Under the pieces are notes generated by a model, which was given only the letters and a program-made list of their open reading frames with translations, was not told the origin of the DNA and made no database searches. 64,000 nt of DNA. Source: Vairimorpha necatrix (Eukaryota). The first letter of the stretch is position 1. Every line of letters starts with the position of its first letter. The position numbers and the translations under genes are program-made. Below, piece after piece: positions 12,629 through 26,183 of the stretch. The stretch spans positions 620,001 through 684,000 of the forward strand of contig CP142729.1 of the NCBI GenBank assembly GCA_036630325.1. The letters run 5' to 3'.

Positions 12629-13358
12629 AAAATTAGTTTATATATTTTGTCAGTACTTTTACTTATAAGGATTCCCGAACCCAACATATTATCTTGAGTT
12701 TAAAAAGATTCCAATATCAAAAATATTCCCATGCAAAAAAAAACTTCTGTAAATCTAAACAATTTAATTATCTTTTTAAAGTAAAACAAATCTATTATTT
12801 TTTATTCCTTAATTTTCCTTCGGAAAAAAAAAATTGTTCTCACTGCGCTCGAACCCGGCAAAAACTTCGTTTTTGTGCGGGCTGGGCGCAAGTGCGCCCT
12901 GGGCGCTTGACAATAAATATTATAAAAGCCTGCCAGGGACAGACGGGCAAACGTATAGTTCTTTAGAGTATTACTTTAGAACAAGTGCATCCCTGTGTAG
13001 CACGCCAGATTTCTAAAAAATTATTTTAAAGATGTCACAAACTTTAGAGACATAATAATATCATTTATCTATGCAATGACATGTTTGCTTATTGAAAAAT
13101 CTAAAAACAAAACTACAAGCCTAAGAAATGAAAAAAATTTATTTCTTTTTTAAAATTCTGTTTGACATAATATTATATGATCTTATTAAATATAATTATG
13201 AAAATATAGAATATCTTTTGATAAGAAAAACTTGTTAGAAGGACGAAAGAAGAAGAATAACTACTACTTCTTAAAATATATAAATTTCAATATTTTTATG
13301 TATACGATCTATATAATTTAATACATGAATGTTGTTTTTAATTTTCATTTAGTGTATA

Positions 13359-16091
13359 TGTTGCAGTAAATGTATACATTCCAGGCAATGTATACATTTA
13401 CTAGTCAATGCATATATTCGCTAAAATTCGTTGTTAAAGTATTCATTATAACTGAAATGAACACATTACCTAGTGGATGTATGCATATACGGGCTGCTAC
13501 TAGTCAAAGTGTTCACTCACTATTAAAATGAACATTTTAACTAGTGAATGCATGCATTATCTAGTAAATGTATGCAGAGTTACTAACCAGCTGCAGTAAA
13601 TTCGTTAATTAATAAATTTTAGAATAAAAAATAGTTTAAACAAGTTTTTTACAAGCACAAAATCATGATCGCCGTTCTAGATTTAGGCTAGAAGATAAAT
13701 GTTGAATCGAGAAATTGAAATTAGAACACACACAATGATTAAGTTTAAACAGTAAAACTAGGTTATATTAAATAAAAATTTTAGTTTAAATTGAAACACA
13801 TAATAATTTAGAACAAAAGTTTGAACAACATAAATAGATTATAATATTAAATAAAATATAAAAAATGATTAATAATTGACTCGATGATGTTTCCACTAAA
13901 GCTAATTAAAATATTTATTAGAAAAGATATAAATATAAAGCAAAAAATACAATATAATGGAAAGAGTAATTTCTAACATAAAAAAAGTAAAATTAGTATT
14001 AAAACGTTATTTGTTTGCACAATTTAAATTTTCATGACATTTGTAGTTGCACGATTTGCTTTCTTTGAGGCAGGCACATCTTTTTGTTGCGCATTTTGTT
14101 TTGCACTGGCATTTGAAGAATCCCTGTCCGCTACCTTTCGAGTGTTTGGTAGCTATATTACGCAATTTCAATTCAATTGCATTGATTTCAATATCATTTA
14201 GCGTTAATATACTTTTGGGAGACACGCTAAATTGAGATCTGGAATATAATCCTTTTAAAATCCTATTACGTGTTCCAATTTGAAAGTAATCATCATCAGT
14301 TTTAGTTAATAAACATACTAGTACTGCACGTAAATCTCCCCGTCCTCTATCAACTTCCGGTACATTAATTCTAACTGTCATTCCCATCTCCGCCGAGGGA
14401 TGCGAAGCGTCAGAAATTAGTTTTATGCGCTTAGCTTGCTTGTTCAAGTTTTCTTTTGCTTCTGCTCGGGCATAATTGATGCGTGATTGCGCCGTACAAC
14501 TATCGCATAATTTAATGGATTCCGAATTGAGTAAAATGTCACATCCATCACATTTTCGGGTCTCGGAGGCAGGCGGTACACTACCATGTTCCGTGTCATC
14601 CAGTAGCAATTCCTTGACGCCTTCACCAAAGATTATCTGATTCTAGATCTAGATCCTCTTCCTCAATAACTTCAACTTGTGGAATCTCCTGGACACTTTC
14701 TTCATTACAGTTAATATTTTTAAGAATATTTTCCAAATCTTCTTCACTGTTTATACTGTTTAATACCTCGTGTGGTAGCCAAGAAGAGGAGAGGCCGACC
14801 TTGGCGGGCTGTCCAAATATTGCCTCGTAAGGACTTCGCTTTATACCAGCGTTCAGAGCTCGATTTTTCATAAACTGCACATAACTTAGTCCTCTACTCT
14901 AATTACTAGTTTGATTATCTTGCATCCATGCGGTTAAAATATTCTCAATATCTTGATTCGCACGCTCCACACAGCCTTGAGACTGGCTGTGGCGCGGCTT
15001 CCCATGCACAATTTTTAATTCAGGCCACAAACCTTTAAAATCATCAATGACGGGGTTAACAAATTCTCAGCCATTGTCCGATTGCAAAATTGATGTGCCC
15101 CAAATAGTAAAAAAATTTAGAGGAGTTGATCAGCAACTTCATATGCTGTTTTTTATTAAAGGCTCTAAGAATGATAAACTTTGTTAAGTGGTCCTGGTAT
15201 ACCGATATAAATTTATAACAATCATCTAGCTGTGATTGGAAGTCAATTAAATCTACATGACACCTTGAATTAAAATGAGAAAACACCATTGGATTAATAC
15301 CAAGCCTTTCTTTTAATTCGCCCTTTTTTAAGGCCACTTCACAATTATTTAAAAATGTTTGAATATCTTGTGCTGTTATATGCTTAAAGCGAAGGTTAAG
15401 CTCCTTTTTCATTCTGTCTCGCCCTACATGTCCAATTGATAAATGAGTTTCATATAAAACTTCAAACAATTTTTCAACAGAAACATAATACAGCACTTTT
15501 TCATCTGATATTGGTGCAATTAGTTTATCCACATTGCCCACATATACTGTATCATAATGTTTTAGCAACAAGAGGTAACGGTTTTCTTTTTTCTGAGCAG
15601 ATTTAACATCACTTATTAGTTGAGTATATCTTTCCGTAGTCATACGAAAGCCGTTAGCTTTTTGTGGAGTATTCTTAATATTACCGGTAGAATTTATCTT
15701 TCATTGCTTGTTTATCCATTTTATATTTATAGCTAAAAATAATTAAAAATTATTAATTTCTATGGACACATATAATTTAAATAACTCACTTACCATCAAA
15801 CAATCAGCCAGTGTGTATTCTCTCAAACAGCACAGATTGAGCAACAGCCAACAGCACACAGTGCATCACGAATAAAGAGGTTAGATTTAAGGGTTTGCCG
15901 GCAAATTTAACGATTTAACCTTCGGATTTAATACACAACACTTTGACTAGAAGCAACCCGTGAATGCATACATCCACTAGGTAATGTGTTTATTTCAGTC
16001 ACAATGAATACTTTAACTACGAATTTTAGCGAATATATGCATTGACTAGTAAATATATACATTGCCTGAGATGTACACTTTAACTGTAACA
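13359..16091 (-). mobile_element. Ginger2/KRBA2-SCAND3-like integrase DNA transposon, decayed
   Basis: ~155-bp TIRs with TGT...ACA ends and probable 4-bp TSD TATA/CATA. Fragmented integrase (HLSIGH, VDLIDFQ, YQDHLTKF, SQGCVERAN) with a C-terminal Cys-rich domain. Confidence 0.85.
14007..15719 (-). pseudogene. Integrase-like transposase with CXC-like C-terminus, frameshifted
   Basis: ORFs 15056-15643, 14623-14880 and 14007-14609; C-terminus CQCKTKCATKRCAC...C...C. Confidence 0.85.
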
Positions 16092-16135
16092 CATACAAAA
16101 CACCTAAGAGTGCAGACGACGTAGTCAGAATACTG

Positions 16136-17186
16136 GGCTAAGATCAACATCTTTGTAAAAAAAACTGAGGTCAAAATTTTTAAAAATTGCCCCTTTTTTA
16201 AAATAGAAAGGAATGATGAACAATGAAGAAATTGAAGATTTTATATATCTATATCAAACAAGAAATTCAACCAAAAATGTATAAAATGTGGTTGGTATAC
16301 AAGCATAGTACCCAACGAAACTAGCTACTTAAGATGTAAAGCTAAAAAGTGCACACATAGATTTTGTTGGAATAATTCATTATTTGAAAACACTAGACTA
16401 GATCATTTACTGATTTTAAAATTACATTTGTGGATAATGGGAATTAATGTATTACATATACTAAGAATTTTGGGATGTAATGTACAAAATGTAAGTTACA
16501 CCCTGAGAAATTATCTAAATAAAAAATTAACGAGAATTATCTTAATAAGAGAAAAAACTGAGGGCAAAAATGTTATAGTGGAGATAGATGAGAGTAAAAT
16601 TGGGAAAAATAAATATCATAGGGGAGGCTTGTTAAGGGGGTTGGTTTTTCGGAATGGTAGAAAGAACAGAAGAAAAGAAGATAGTTGTTGTTATAATAAA
16701 CAAAAGATACAAAGATACATTGCTTCCACCCCTTTTTAAGCATGTTTATTTTAATTCAATCATCCATTCTGATATGTGGAAAGCATATATAACTGTAAAA
16801 AAATATTATACGGACCATAGAACTGTAAATCACAGTTTAACATTTAAGGACAGAGAGACGGGTGTCCATACAAACACCATAGAATGTAATTGGAAGTCTT
16901 TAAAAGCCTCTATACCCAATAGGTGTTGAACTTATGAACCTGCGGAAATATATCTAACTCTATATATGATTAAAATAAATGAGGGCCAAATCACTTTCAA
17001 AGGATTTTTAAATTTATGTTTTTGATATATTTTTAATATTTTAATGTTACTTTTATTGCATTTTTAGACCTTAATTATATTTTTTGTTTTTTCTTCATTG
17101 TTCATAATTTCTTCCCTTTTAAAAAGGGGCTATTTTTTAAAAATTTTGACCCCTCAGTTTTTTTTAAATAGATGCTGATATTTTCT
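16136..17186 (+). mobile_element. Merlin (IS1016/ISXO2-like) transposon, decayed
   Basis: VEIDESKIG, IHSDMWKAY and HTNTIE motifs; imperfect TIRs starting GGCTA. Confidence 0.85.
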
Positions 17187-18710
17187 GCAAATTTTTAGGA
17201 ATGATTAAAAATTATAGAAAATTTATTAAGAACTGTGCCGATATCTGTAACTATTTAGTGCTTTTGTTAAAGAAAAAAATGCTAGTTTGAATGCGGAGAA
17301 AGTCATGAACAAGCATTTAATCAATTTTAGGAAATTTTAACGTCAGTACTATATTTACACCAGCCAGATCTAGCTGCTAAGTTTTTTTTAACGACTGATC
17401 GTCCAACACGTGGATTGGGGCGATACTCATCAAAATTTGCGATGGAGCAGAACGACAATAGCATTTGCATCAAGGTAATTATGAGATGCAGAATTGAATT
17501 ATGCGATCACAAAAAAAAGTGTTGGCTGCATTGTGGGCAATGGAACATTTTAAATATTGGTTACCTGGTAGAATATTTATAATTTTTACAGACCATAGAG
17601 CGTTAGAAACCCTCGACCAAAGAGAGAAATTAAGTCATCACGAATTTTTAGATAGATAGAAAAGATCTAAATGTATGACTTCGAAATAAAATATAAAAAC
17701 CTACGGAATTGGCACATGTTGATGCTTTATCTTGCCAATATAAAGAAATAAACAACATCGGCGGAACTGATAACAGAGAGAGCAAAGTAAAAGTTCATGA
17801 AAAGCTGGTACATAGAGAAGGGAGCAACTTATGAATATTCAAGTGAAAATGAACTTGAGAAACCCATTAAATTGAAAAAAGTAAAAGGAATAGTTAAAGA
17901 ATGTATTCGTGTAAAGAAAACAGTCCAGTACGAATAATAGGATATAGACACATTGAAGCTTTCGGCCCTAGGAAAAGGTTGCCTTTGACATTATAGGGCC
18001 GATAGAAAGCTCATATATTTTTACAGCAGCAGGTTATTTTGCGAGCTATGCAATAGCAAAGTATTTAAGAGTAAAACGAATACGGACTTATTAAAGTTCT
18101 TGGAAATAGTACATAAGAAATTTAATTAGGGACATTTGTCTCTGACGCATCAAAATAAAACTGTAGTTATCTATAAGAAATTGGATGCTAGAAAACGAAT
18201 TTTTCTTCGTGTAACTTCTCATATCATCATTGTCTAAATAGAGAATAGAACGACTTAACAGAACCATGGGAGAAGGATTAAACAAACAAGGAAAACAATA
18301 AGATTGTCAAAACAAGTTGACAATAAACATAATGTTCTTACTGTATTTGCCATTCGGCAACAAACATGACACCTAAAGAGGCTTTAAACCCAGAAAATTT
18401 AGAATTACCAAAGAATACATTTTTCGAAAAATGAATTTAAAGTTTTAAAAAGGTTTAAGAAAACATACTATTCAAAACTAGAGCTACGTGATAATTTCTT
18501 TATAAAAGATCATATACATAAATAAAAAGAACAGCCCAAAATTTCAGCTATGTGCGAAGTTGTAAGTATATTGAATAACGATACGTATCTTATTAATCTT
18601 AAAGGTAAAGTAAGTTCAAGACATATAACTCAACTTTGTAAAATAAAAAAGGAAGAGTTCTATCTTTAGAGGGGAAAGAGGTACTAATGCCCTTTCGCGG
18701 GATGTTGTTA
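17187..18710 (+). pseudogene. Decayed Gypsy pol (RT thumb, RNase H, integrase)
   Basis: KFLGMI..YRKFI, FTDHRAL, DIIGP and RIERLNRT fragments with stops. Confidence 0.75.
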
Positions 18711-20830
18711 ATTATTATCCTAAATATATTTTAAAGAAATAACCCTGAACTTGGATATGTCTAACAATTGGAATGTACGAGGAGCCTAAAGTGGGAATGT
18801 CCAATATTCTGAACTGACCAACATTAACCTTTTGCATAGTAAATATAATTTAAACATAGTATTTTTCAACAAAAAAACGTACTCAACCCAATTGTACTGT
18901 AAATTTTTATGCTGACAACATTTTTACCAAACTTCGCGTACAACAAAACACAGTTGTAAAAAATACCAACCGTCACTGTCAATTACCAGGCCTAGAACTT
19001 TTAATTCCGCTGTTTGTTGTGACTAGAAAAAATGTGCGAGATTTTAGGTTGTTTAATATAAATAAATAAATATATATATACAAAACAGTAAAGTGAAGAT
19101 GAGTGGAAAGGGTTGTTTTCATATTTTTGTCGTTTTATGTATAATTTTATCAAAATTCTGTTATAAAATGCTCAAAACTATGTGATAAATTTACATCTAT
19201 ATGCAGTAATTTCACTTGTGATGTATGCCAGACTTTTTTATGTAATTGTTTGTTTTATGTTGTTTTTTTGAGTAAATTGAACAAAAGAGATGTTGAGAAT
19301 TATCTTAGTAAGTTGCAGGGCCGTTAGCTCTCAAAAGATAGCTTTGATTACCAAGAATCCGATGATGAAAACCGCAATTCTGTTGTCATTAATAGAGTGT
19401 TGCAGAAGAAGAATGATTTGGATGTGGATGAAACAGCTGCATTGATCCTTCTCTTGTAGAAACTGAAGTTCAAGAACCCTCTCGCCCACTGACTTCATCC
19501 GATTTGCAGTCTTCATCCAGTTTTTAATTTGAATAAAGAAGCTTGATTTGGAAAAGAGTATTTGGTGTATGACACAGAAAAATTTACTTTCCTAGGGAAG
19601 GCTACTGCTTCAGGTAGTCTATCACACTTAGAACCCCCGTATCAATTTTTTAATTATTTTATCATTGAAGATTTTATCAAAACATTAGAATCGAAGACAA
19701 AGTTATACATAATACAAGAAAATTCAAGCTCATCTATAACGTTAAAGAATATTATTTATATAGGTTCTTTGTAGTATTATTGTACATGTCGATAATCAAA
19801 TTTCCTAGCACAAGATCATATTGATAGCCAAAATTTGAAAATGAGCCCATTTCTACAACAATGTCACTGAACATGTTTGAGAAAACAAAGTTGTCATATA
19901 ATTTTAATATTAATGATCTTCACAAACCTAGGCAATCTAAACATGACAGGCTTTATAAAATCCGCCCTGTTCTCAAGCATCTCAATTAGAGATTTGCCAC
20001 AGTGCCAATGAAACAAAGACTTTCTGTAGATGTACAGATGTGTTCATTAAAATTGTGCATTTTTTAAAACAATTTTTGCCTTTGATGCACAATAAATAAA
20101 GCTTCAAATTGTATGTTCTTTGTATTTTGATTAGATATGCTTACAAGTTTGAGGTATATTTTGAACAAGAGAATGCAGAAAAGCTAACAGATGAACCATG
20201 TCTTGGTTTAACTAAAAGGTTGTTTTTCGTTTACATCAAGGAGTGCCAAGAAAGCAAAACTATATCATTTACTTATGAACATTTTTATGCATCTTTGCCA
20301 TTGGTAGTTTTTAGCTAAATCTGGCATTCATACAGTGGGAACTGTGCAAAAAAAAAACAGGAATTTAAATAAAAAACTTCCTGAGAATAATAACTTAACG
20401 AGAAAATCGGGGCTAGAAGTAGTTTTAAGTCCAGAATGTCTGTGCATGCGGTATGGATATAATTGTGTGGCTTGGAAAATATAAAGCAACCCAGCTATCT
20501 TTTTATAAGGAGCATTGCCTGTAACTAGAGTCAATAGATATGACAGGACAATAAAAGGAAAAATTGATATGACTTGCACGTTTATTGTCAAAGAATACAA
20601 TATACAATAAAGAAGATTAGATCTCATAAATCGTAAGGGGAAAACTCCGCCAAAATATAAAAGAAAATTTGAAAAAAATAGCCCTTAAAAGGAGCAATCA
20701 AAATGATCAAATTTATTGTAAAATATCATCTTTAAAGTTATTAGGGATGTTGTTTCTCTTAAAACTTCCAAACAGTCATTGTCTTTTTAATCTTCTATTT
20801 TTATTATTATTTTTGAAATTCTGGTCTTTG

Positions 20831-22109
20831 TTATAGAATTGTTTTTCTTGCTTTTAATATTATGTTTGGGTATTCATTTAAAAAATCCCGATTTCTCAAA
20901 CACATTAAAAGCTCAATTAAACTTGGATGTGGTGATCTCAATTCTCTTTTTAATGAAGAATTAAAACCTTCCGCTCCATTATTTGTAAATGGTATATCAT
21001 ATTCTATTCTTTCTTTAATATCGTTATAACGGATAAAGACTTTATTTAACCAATTCATTATATAATTTTTTTGAAATTCTTTAATTGCATGTCCACTATA
21101 ATCGCGACATATTAACCTAATTAAATATTTAAATGTAATATATTTTTTTTCTTCAATAATGAATATTGAACAAAGCAAACATTTGATATAAAATCTAAAA
21201 ATCTTATCATCTTTGTATAATTTAGAAAATCCCAATAATTTAAATTTTTTGAAATCCGATTGTGAATAATGAAAGACACAAAGTCTTATTCTGGTGCCTG
21301 GATATACACTATGCAATGCCTTATGTATGGTCAACTCACCATCTATTATCATATTTTCCATTTTTCTTACATTTGCTAAAGTAAATGTCATTTTAAAAGC
21401 CTCCACATACGATTCATATTTTTTATTTGGTAATAAAAAATAAGCAAAAGGAATGTAAGTCTATTCATCTACAAAAACTACTATGAAAAGATGAAAAAAG
21501 GCTAGATGCGTCGGTTCAATGTCCCATCACTGCAAAGACTTTCTTATTCATGGCGTTGTTTAAATTTTTATCAGACCAGCATGCTATTATTCTCTCTTTG
21601 GTACTAAAATAATTATCATACTGTACAAATTTAAGTCCAGATCGTGTCATTAGTAACTCATTTTGAATATCATAATTATTAGAATAGCTAAAATTTTGAG
21701 TTAAATATTGAATATTTTTAATTATTCTCTTAATGTTACGTATACTTGGAAGTAACTGTCTTTATGAATCATCAAGCATTGATGTTGTCGCACATACAAT
21801 TTCATTCTTAGTTTTTCTGCTTGTGAGGCTATCTCTTTTTATATCTTCATTTACAAATAATATTTTAATTTGTGAATTACTTAATTCCTCATGATTATGA
21901 TCTTGATAATTGCATACTTCATTTGTTATAATGTTCATGCGCATACTTCCATTACAATTTTTTAAAAAACAAGAAGATTTTATAAAAGAAGCCCTAGTGT
22001 ATTTCATATAATATTTGTATCCTTTGTATAATTTCATATGTTTATTTTTTATGCCTTTTATTTCAACAGGTCTTTCTTTCTGTTCTTGTAATCTTCTTTC
22101 ATTTTCCAT
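20831..22109 (-). pseudogene. MULE transposase with FLYWCH-like N-terminus, disrupted
   Basis: YKGYKY..C..C..HNH, DGT, IDGE...CVFHYSQ and TNNGAEGFN motifs. Confidence 0.85.
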
Positions 22110-22246
22110 ATTAAAAGGGTATCTAAAAATTATTGGATGAAAATAATTTTAAAAAAATCCAAATAATAATTTATTGTCTAAAAATTGTATATGAAGGGTT
22201 AATATATTTGTTATATGGCAAACAATTATTTATTTCGTATTATATT

Positions 22247-25200
22247 TGTTGAGTCCCGAAGACATGTCTGTATTAAATTGCATACTTTATTAGAATAAGT
22301 TTTCTTAAATAGTTTCAGTGAAACATACGTTACAGATAATAGAAGATAACTGGTTTACGATGACTGAAACTGTCTGGTGTTTGAAACAAGATAGTACTTG
22401 TTTCATGTGTTACAACGCCCCCTTGCTTAGTTAAAGACCCGTATTGAGTTTGATGTGTGCTTTGTTGAGTCGGAAATGCTTATTTTTAGATTTCACGATG
22501 TAAGCATCCGGAGGAGCTTTCTTGACTATTCTATAGCCGAAAGTCCACTCGGGCTTGAGTTTATCTGAAACAGCTTCTTTATAGATTAACACGGGATCAT
22601 CAATTTGTAACTCTGTCTTAATGTCTCTTTTCCCTTGCTCTATTTCTTTTTCGTACGCTTTTAAATATTTGTCTCGTTCTCGGATAAGTACCCTCCTGTC
22701 AATCGGTAAATTGGCTTTGCCGCATTTGCGATCCACTTCTAATACTGGTAGGTAACCGTATTTAAACATGAACGGTGTTGTTTTGATAGCCCGATTATAA
22801 GAGAGATTTACAGCCAGTGTGGCATCGGCCACTTTAGTTTCCCATTTTATCTTTCCGAAGTTAGATAGTTTTTTTAATTTCCTCCATAGTGTCTGGTTTG
22901 TTCTCTCCACGCATCCCACCGTCTGATGGTGAGCAGGAGAAGCGAACTTCCACTTTATGTTATGGCTCGCGGCAAAATTGCTTGTTTTGCTATTCTTAAA
23001 TTCTAAACCGACGTCAGAGAGTATTCTACGGGGATTTCCGTGTTTGCCTATGATAAGAGATTTGATGCACTTAATTATATTTTCCGGAGTTTTTTTAGAT
23101 AATACTTTAGTTTCTATCCATTTTGTAAAGTGGTCAACGGCGACGAAAATAAATTTATTCCCAGTTCTTGAGGGAATTCTTCCAAGCAGATCTACTTCCC
23201 ATAATTCATTTGGCTGTGGAAAAGAAATTACCCTATTCTTAGTTTTAACTAGAGGTCCTCCAGCTTTTAGACAAATGCTACATGTTTTGATGTAATTTTC
23301 AATCTCTTTAAACATCCCCTCCCATTTGTACCTTTTCGTAATTACATACTTCATAGCGGCAGAAGATGCGTGTCCAAGCGATAAATGATACTCTTTTATA
23401 ATTTCTCGTCTCAGTTCTGGCGTCGTATCACTTAATGTTTTGTTAGATCGCAGAGAACTAATGTTAATTCTGCTCATTGCGTCGGCTTTATTGTCTTCTC
23501 CTTTTATATATTCTACTTTGAAGGAATACTCTTGCAATTTTAATGACCATCTTAGCAGACGGCTGCTGGGTTTTTTTGATTCCCAAAGATATGCCAACGC
23601 CTTGTGATCCGTTCGCACTACGAATTCTTTTCCCAACAAGTAGTGTCTGTAGTTATCTATGCCTTTGACTAATGCTAAGAGTTCTTTGTCCGTTACTGAA
23701 TAATTTTGTTGAGCCTTATCTAATTCCTTACTAAATGCGGAAATCATTTTTTCTTTACCATCATTGTCAACCTGAGAAAGTATTGCTCCAATTGCGATAT
23801 CAGAGGCGTCTGTTGTTAACACAAATTTTCTGTTCACGTCAGGCTGTTGTCGTTCGAGTGCAGAAGATAAAATCGTTTTGATTTGTTTAAATGCAAGCTT
23901 TTCTGTTTCTGTATATTCAATTTGCTTCTGTGAGTTCTTTTTCTCTCCACCCACAAGCTTAAATAAGGGACGGGCCATGGTTGCGTAATCCCTTATAAAC
24001 TCTCTGCAGCAATTTACTATGCCCAAAAATGATCGTAATTTGGTAACTGCCTCGGGCAATGGGAACTTTTTAATAGCTTCTATTTTGGCAGGGTCTGGCC
24101 GAACTGTGTTATGTCCAATAATGACTCCTAAGATTTTGATTTCTGTTTTCATAAATTTACATTTAGCTTTATTCAAGCTTATACAAGCTCTCTTCAGTTT
24201 CCTCATGACTATGTCCACATGTTGTCCGTGTTCTTCTTCGTTTCTGGAATATATTATGATATCATCAAGATAAGGCATTACGAACTTATATCGTTCATCT
24301 TCAAAGATTTCATCCATTATCCTCTGAAATGTTGCTGGTGCATTACAGAGACCAAAGGGCATTCTATTGAATTCATATAGTCCCCCCTCCAGGAAAATGC
24401 AGTCTTTTCTTTATCATTTTCATCTACTTCTACTTGATAGTAACCAGAGGTTGCGTCTAGCGTGGTAAAAATGAGCGCACCTGCAAGATTGTCGACAATT
24501 TCGTCAATTCGAGGAATTGGATATCTGTCCTTTACTGTGATTTTGTTTAAAGGACGATAATCTATACACATCCGTAATGTTCCGTCTGGTTTAGGAACTG
24601 CCACAATTTGGCTTCGCCACGGACTCTTACTTTTCCTTATAATTTTAAGCCTAAGATTTTTTTCTATTTCTTTGTCAATTTCTTCACATAAATGTAGTGG
24701 AACTCTTCCTCCTTTTGAGCAAATAGGCACCTTTGACGATATTTCAATCCTGTGTTTACCTTTAGTACACACGTTTAACTCAGAGATTTCCGTTTGAAAA
24801 ATATCACTATATTTTGAAGCTATCTGTTCGCTTGTGAGAGAATGAAGGCAAGTGGGCTCTTTAGTCCTCTTATGTCTTGACATTAGTTTTCGTGTAGTAT
24901 TAATTAGGAGATCCGGATATTTAGTAATTGCGTCCAAACCTAGTATTATATAAGGTGGCCCGTTTGCTACTATATATGGGCTAATGCGGATTGAACCGCC
25001 CGTCTTTTTATCTAAAACGATTTCGTTTGCTCGATTTAATATTTTTATTTCTGTCCCACATGCCGACCTTATTCTAGTATTTCCTCTGTTTTTTGTTGTG
25101 ATATACTCCATTTTTTCTTACAGGATTCGTTTATTATTAATACATCGGCTCCTGTGTCAACCAAACACCAGATTGGCTTTGAGTTAAGTAAGAATATATG

Positions 25201-26183
25201 GAAGAATGGATTGGATATAAAAGTATGCTCAGAAATCGAGTACAAGTTAAAACTTTTTATTGAATCTTCTTCAACTTCTTCTGTCATCGGTGATTGTCCA
25301 TTGTCAATTATCGAATTTATGGACGAATTTCTTTTTCTTTTATCAAAAGAGTTTTTTTTGAACCCGCCTTTTTGTTTTTTCAGCTGAATTAGGTAAATGC
25401 AATCTTTAGTATTGTGTGTGTTACTCTCATGGTATTCACAATATCTTTTGTTGGTCGGGGCAGCCGTATCGGAGCTATATTCCGATGTAACCCTATTAAG
25501 ACATTTATCCGGGAAGGACATCCATGCGATGTTCTCGGCTCTTTTCACGAAGAGGTCCCATGATTCGACTACTTCTGCTGCTTGAAGTAATAATGGTTTT
25601 AGTGGGCACGGTGATTTGTTTATCACGACTTTCGTAAGAGGTACTATATTCATATAGTTTTTTTTGAAGAGTACAGTTGCGTCCTGTAATAATTTTGTAA
25701 ATTCGGTTCTCGATGTAGGTGGGTTACCATTTAGAAATCTGGTTAGGGATATATTAGTATTTTGCTGTCCCCCGAATCGTGTTTTCAGTTCTTCCAGTAG
25801 ATTGTTTAATGTGATTTGATAGGCGCGACCTCCAATAGGTTCTGACGCCCAACTTAGAGCTGCTCCTTTAAGCAGTAAAAAAATCATTTTACAAGTCTCT
25901 TCTTCGGTTTTTTGCATAATTTGCGCGATAAATAGGATCTCGTCGATCCAAAGGTAAACATCTTCATCTTGTTCACCTGCAAACTGCCTTAGTCCTTTGA
26001 TCGTTGTCGCCATGTTGAGTCCCGAAGAAATGTCTGTATTAAATTGCATACTTTATTAGAATAAGTTTTCTTAAATAGTTTCAGTGAAACATACGTTACA
26101 GATAATAGAAGATAACTGGTTTACGATGACTGAAACTGTCTGGTGTTTGAAACAAGATAGTACCTGTTTCATGTGTTACAACA
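22247..26183 (-). mobile_element. Ty3/Gypsy LTR retrotransposon, near-intact
   Basis: 171-bp LTRs at 22247-22417 and 26013-26183 (3 differences seen), TSD ATATT, PBS TGGCGACAAC, PPT. Confidence 0.97.
22431..26013 (-). pseudogene. gag-pol split by two frameshifts
   Basis: Gag with CHHC knuckle, VDTGAD protease, YLDD RT, TDASD RNase H and integrase across ORFs 25069-26013, 24317-25111 and 22431-24362. Confidence 0.9.

Larger units (their letters stand above)
11096..12912 (+). mobile_element. Ginger-like (integrase-type) DNA transposon, apparently intact
   Basis: 39-bp TIRs TGTC...CACA (34/39 identical), 5-bp TSD ATAAA at 11091-11095 and 12913-12917, single integrase ORF, no RT and no LTR. Confidence 0.9.

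Noticed and set aside
24317-25111. Programmed frameshifts in the 22247 Gypsy
   Set aside because: The breaks fall inside the protease and RT domains at homopolymer runs, and the related element is a single ORF, so mutation or sequencing error is more likely.
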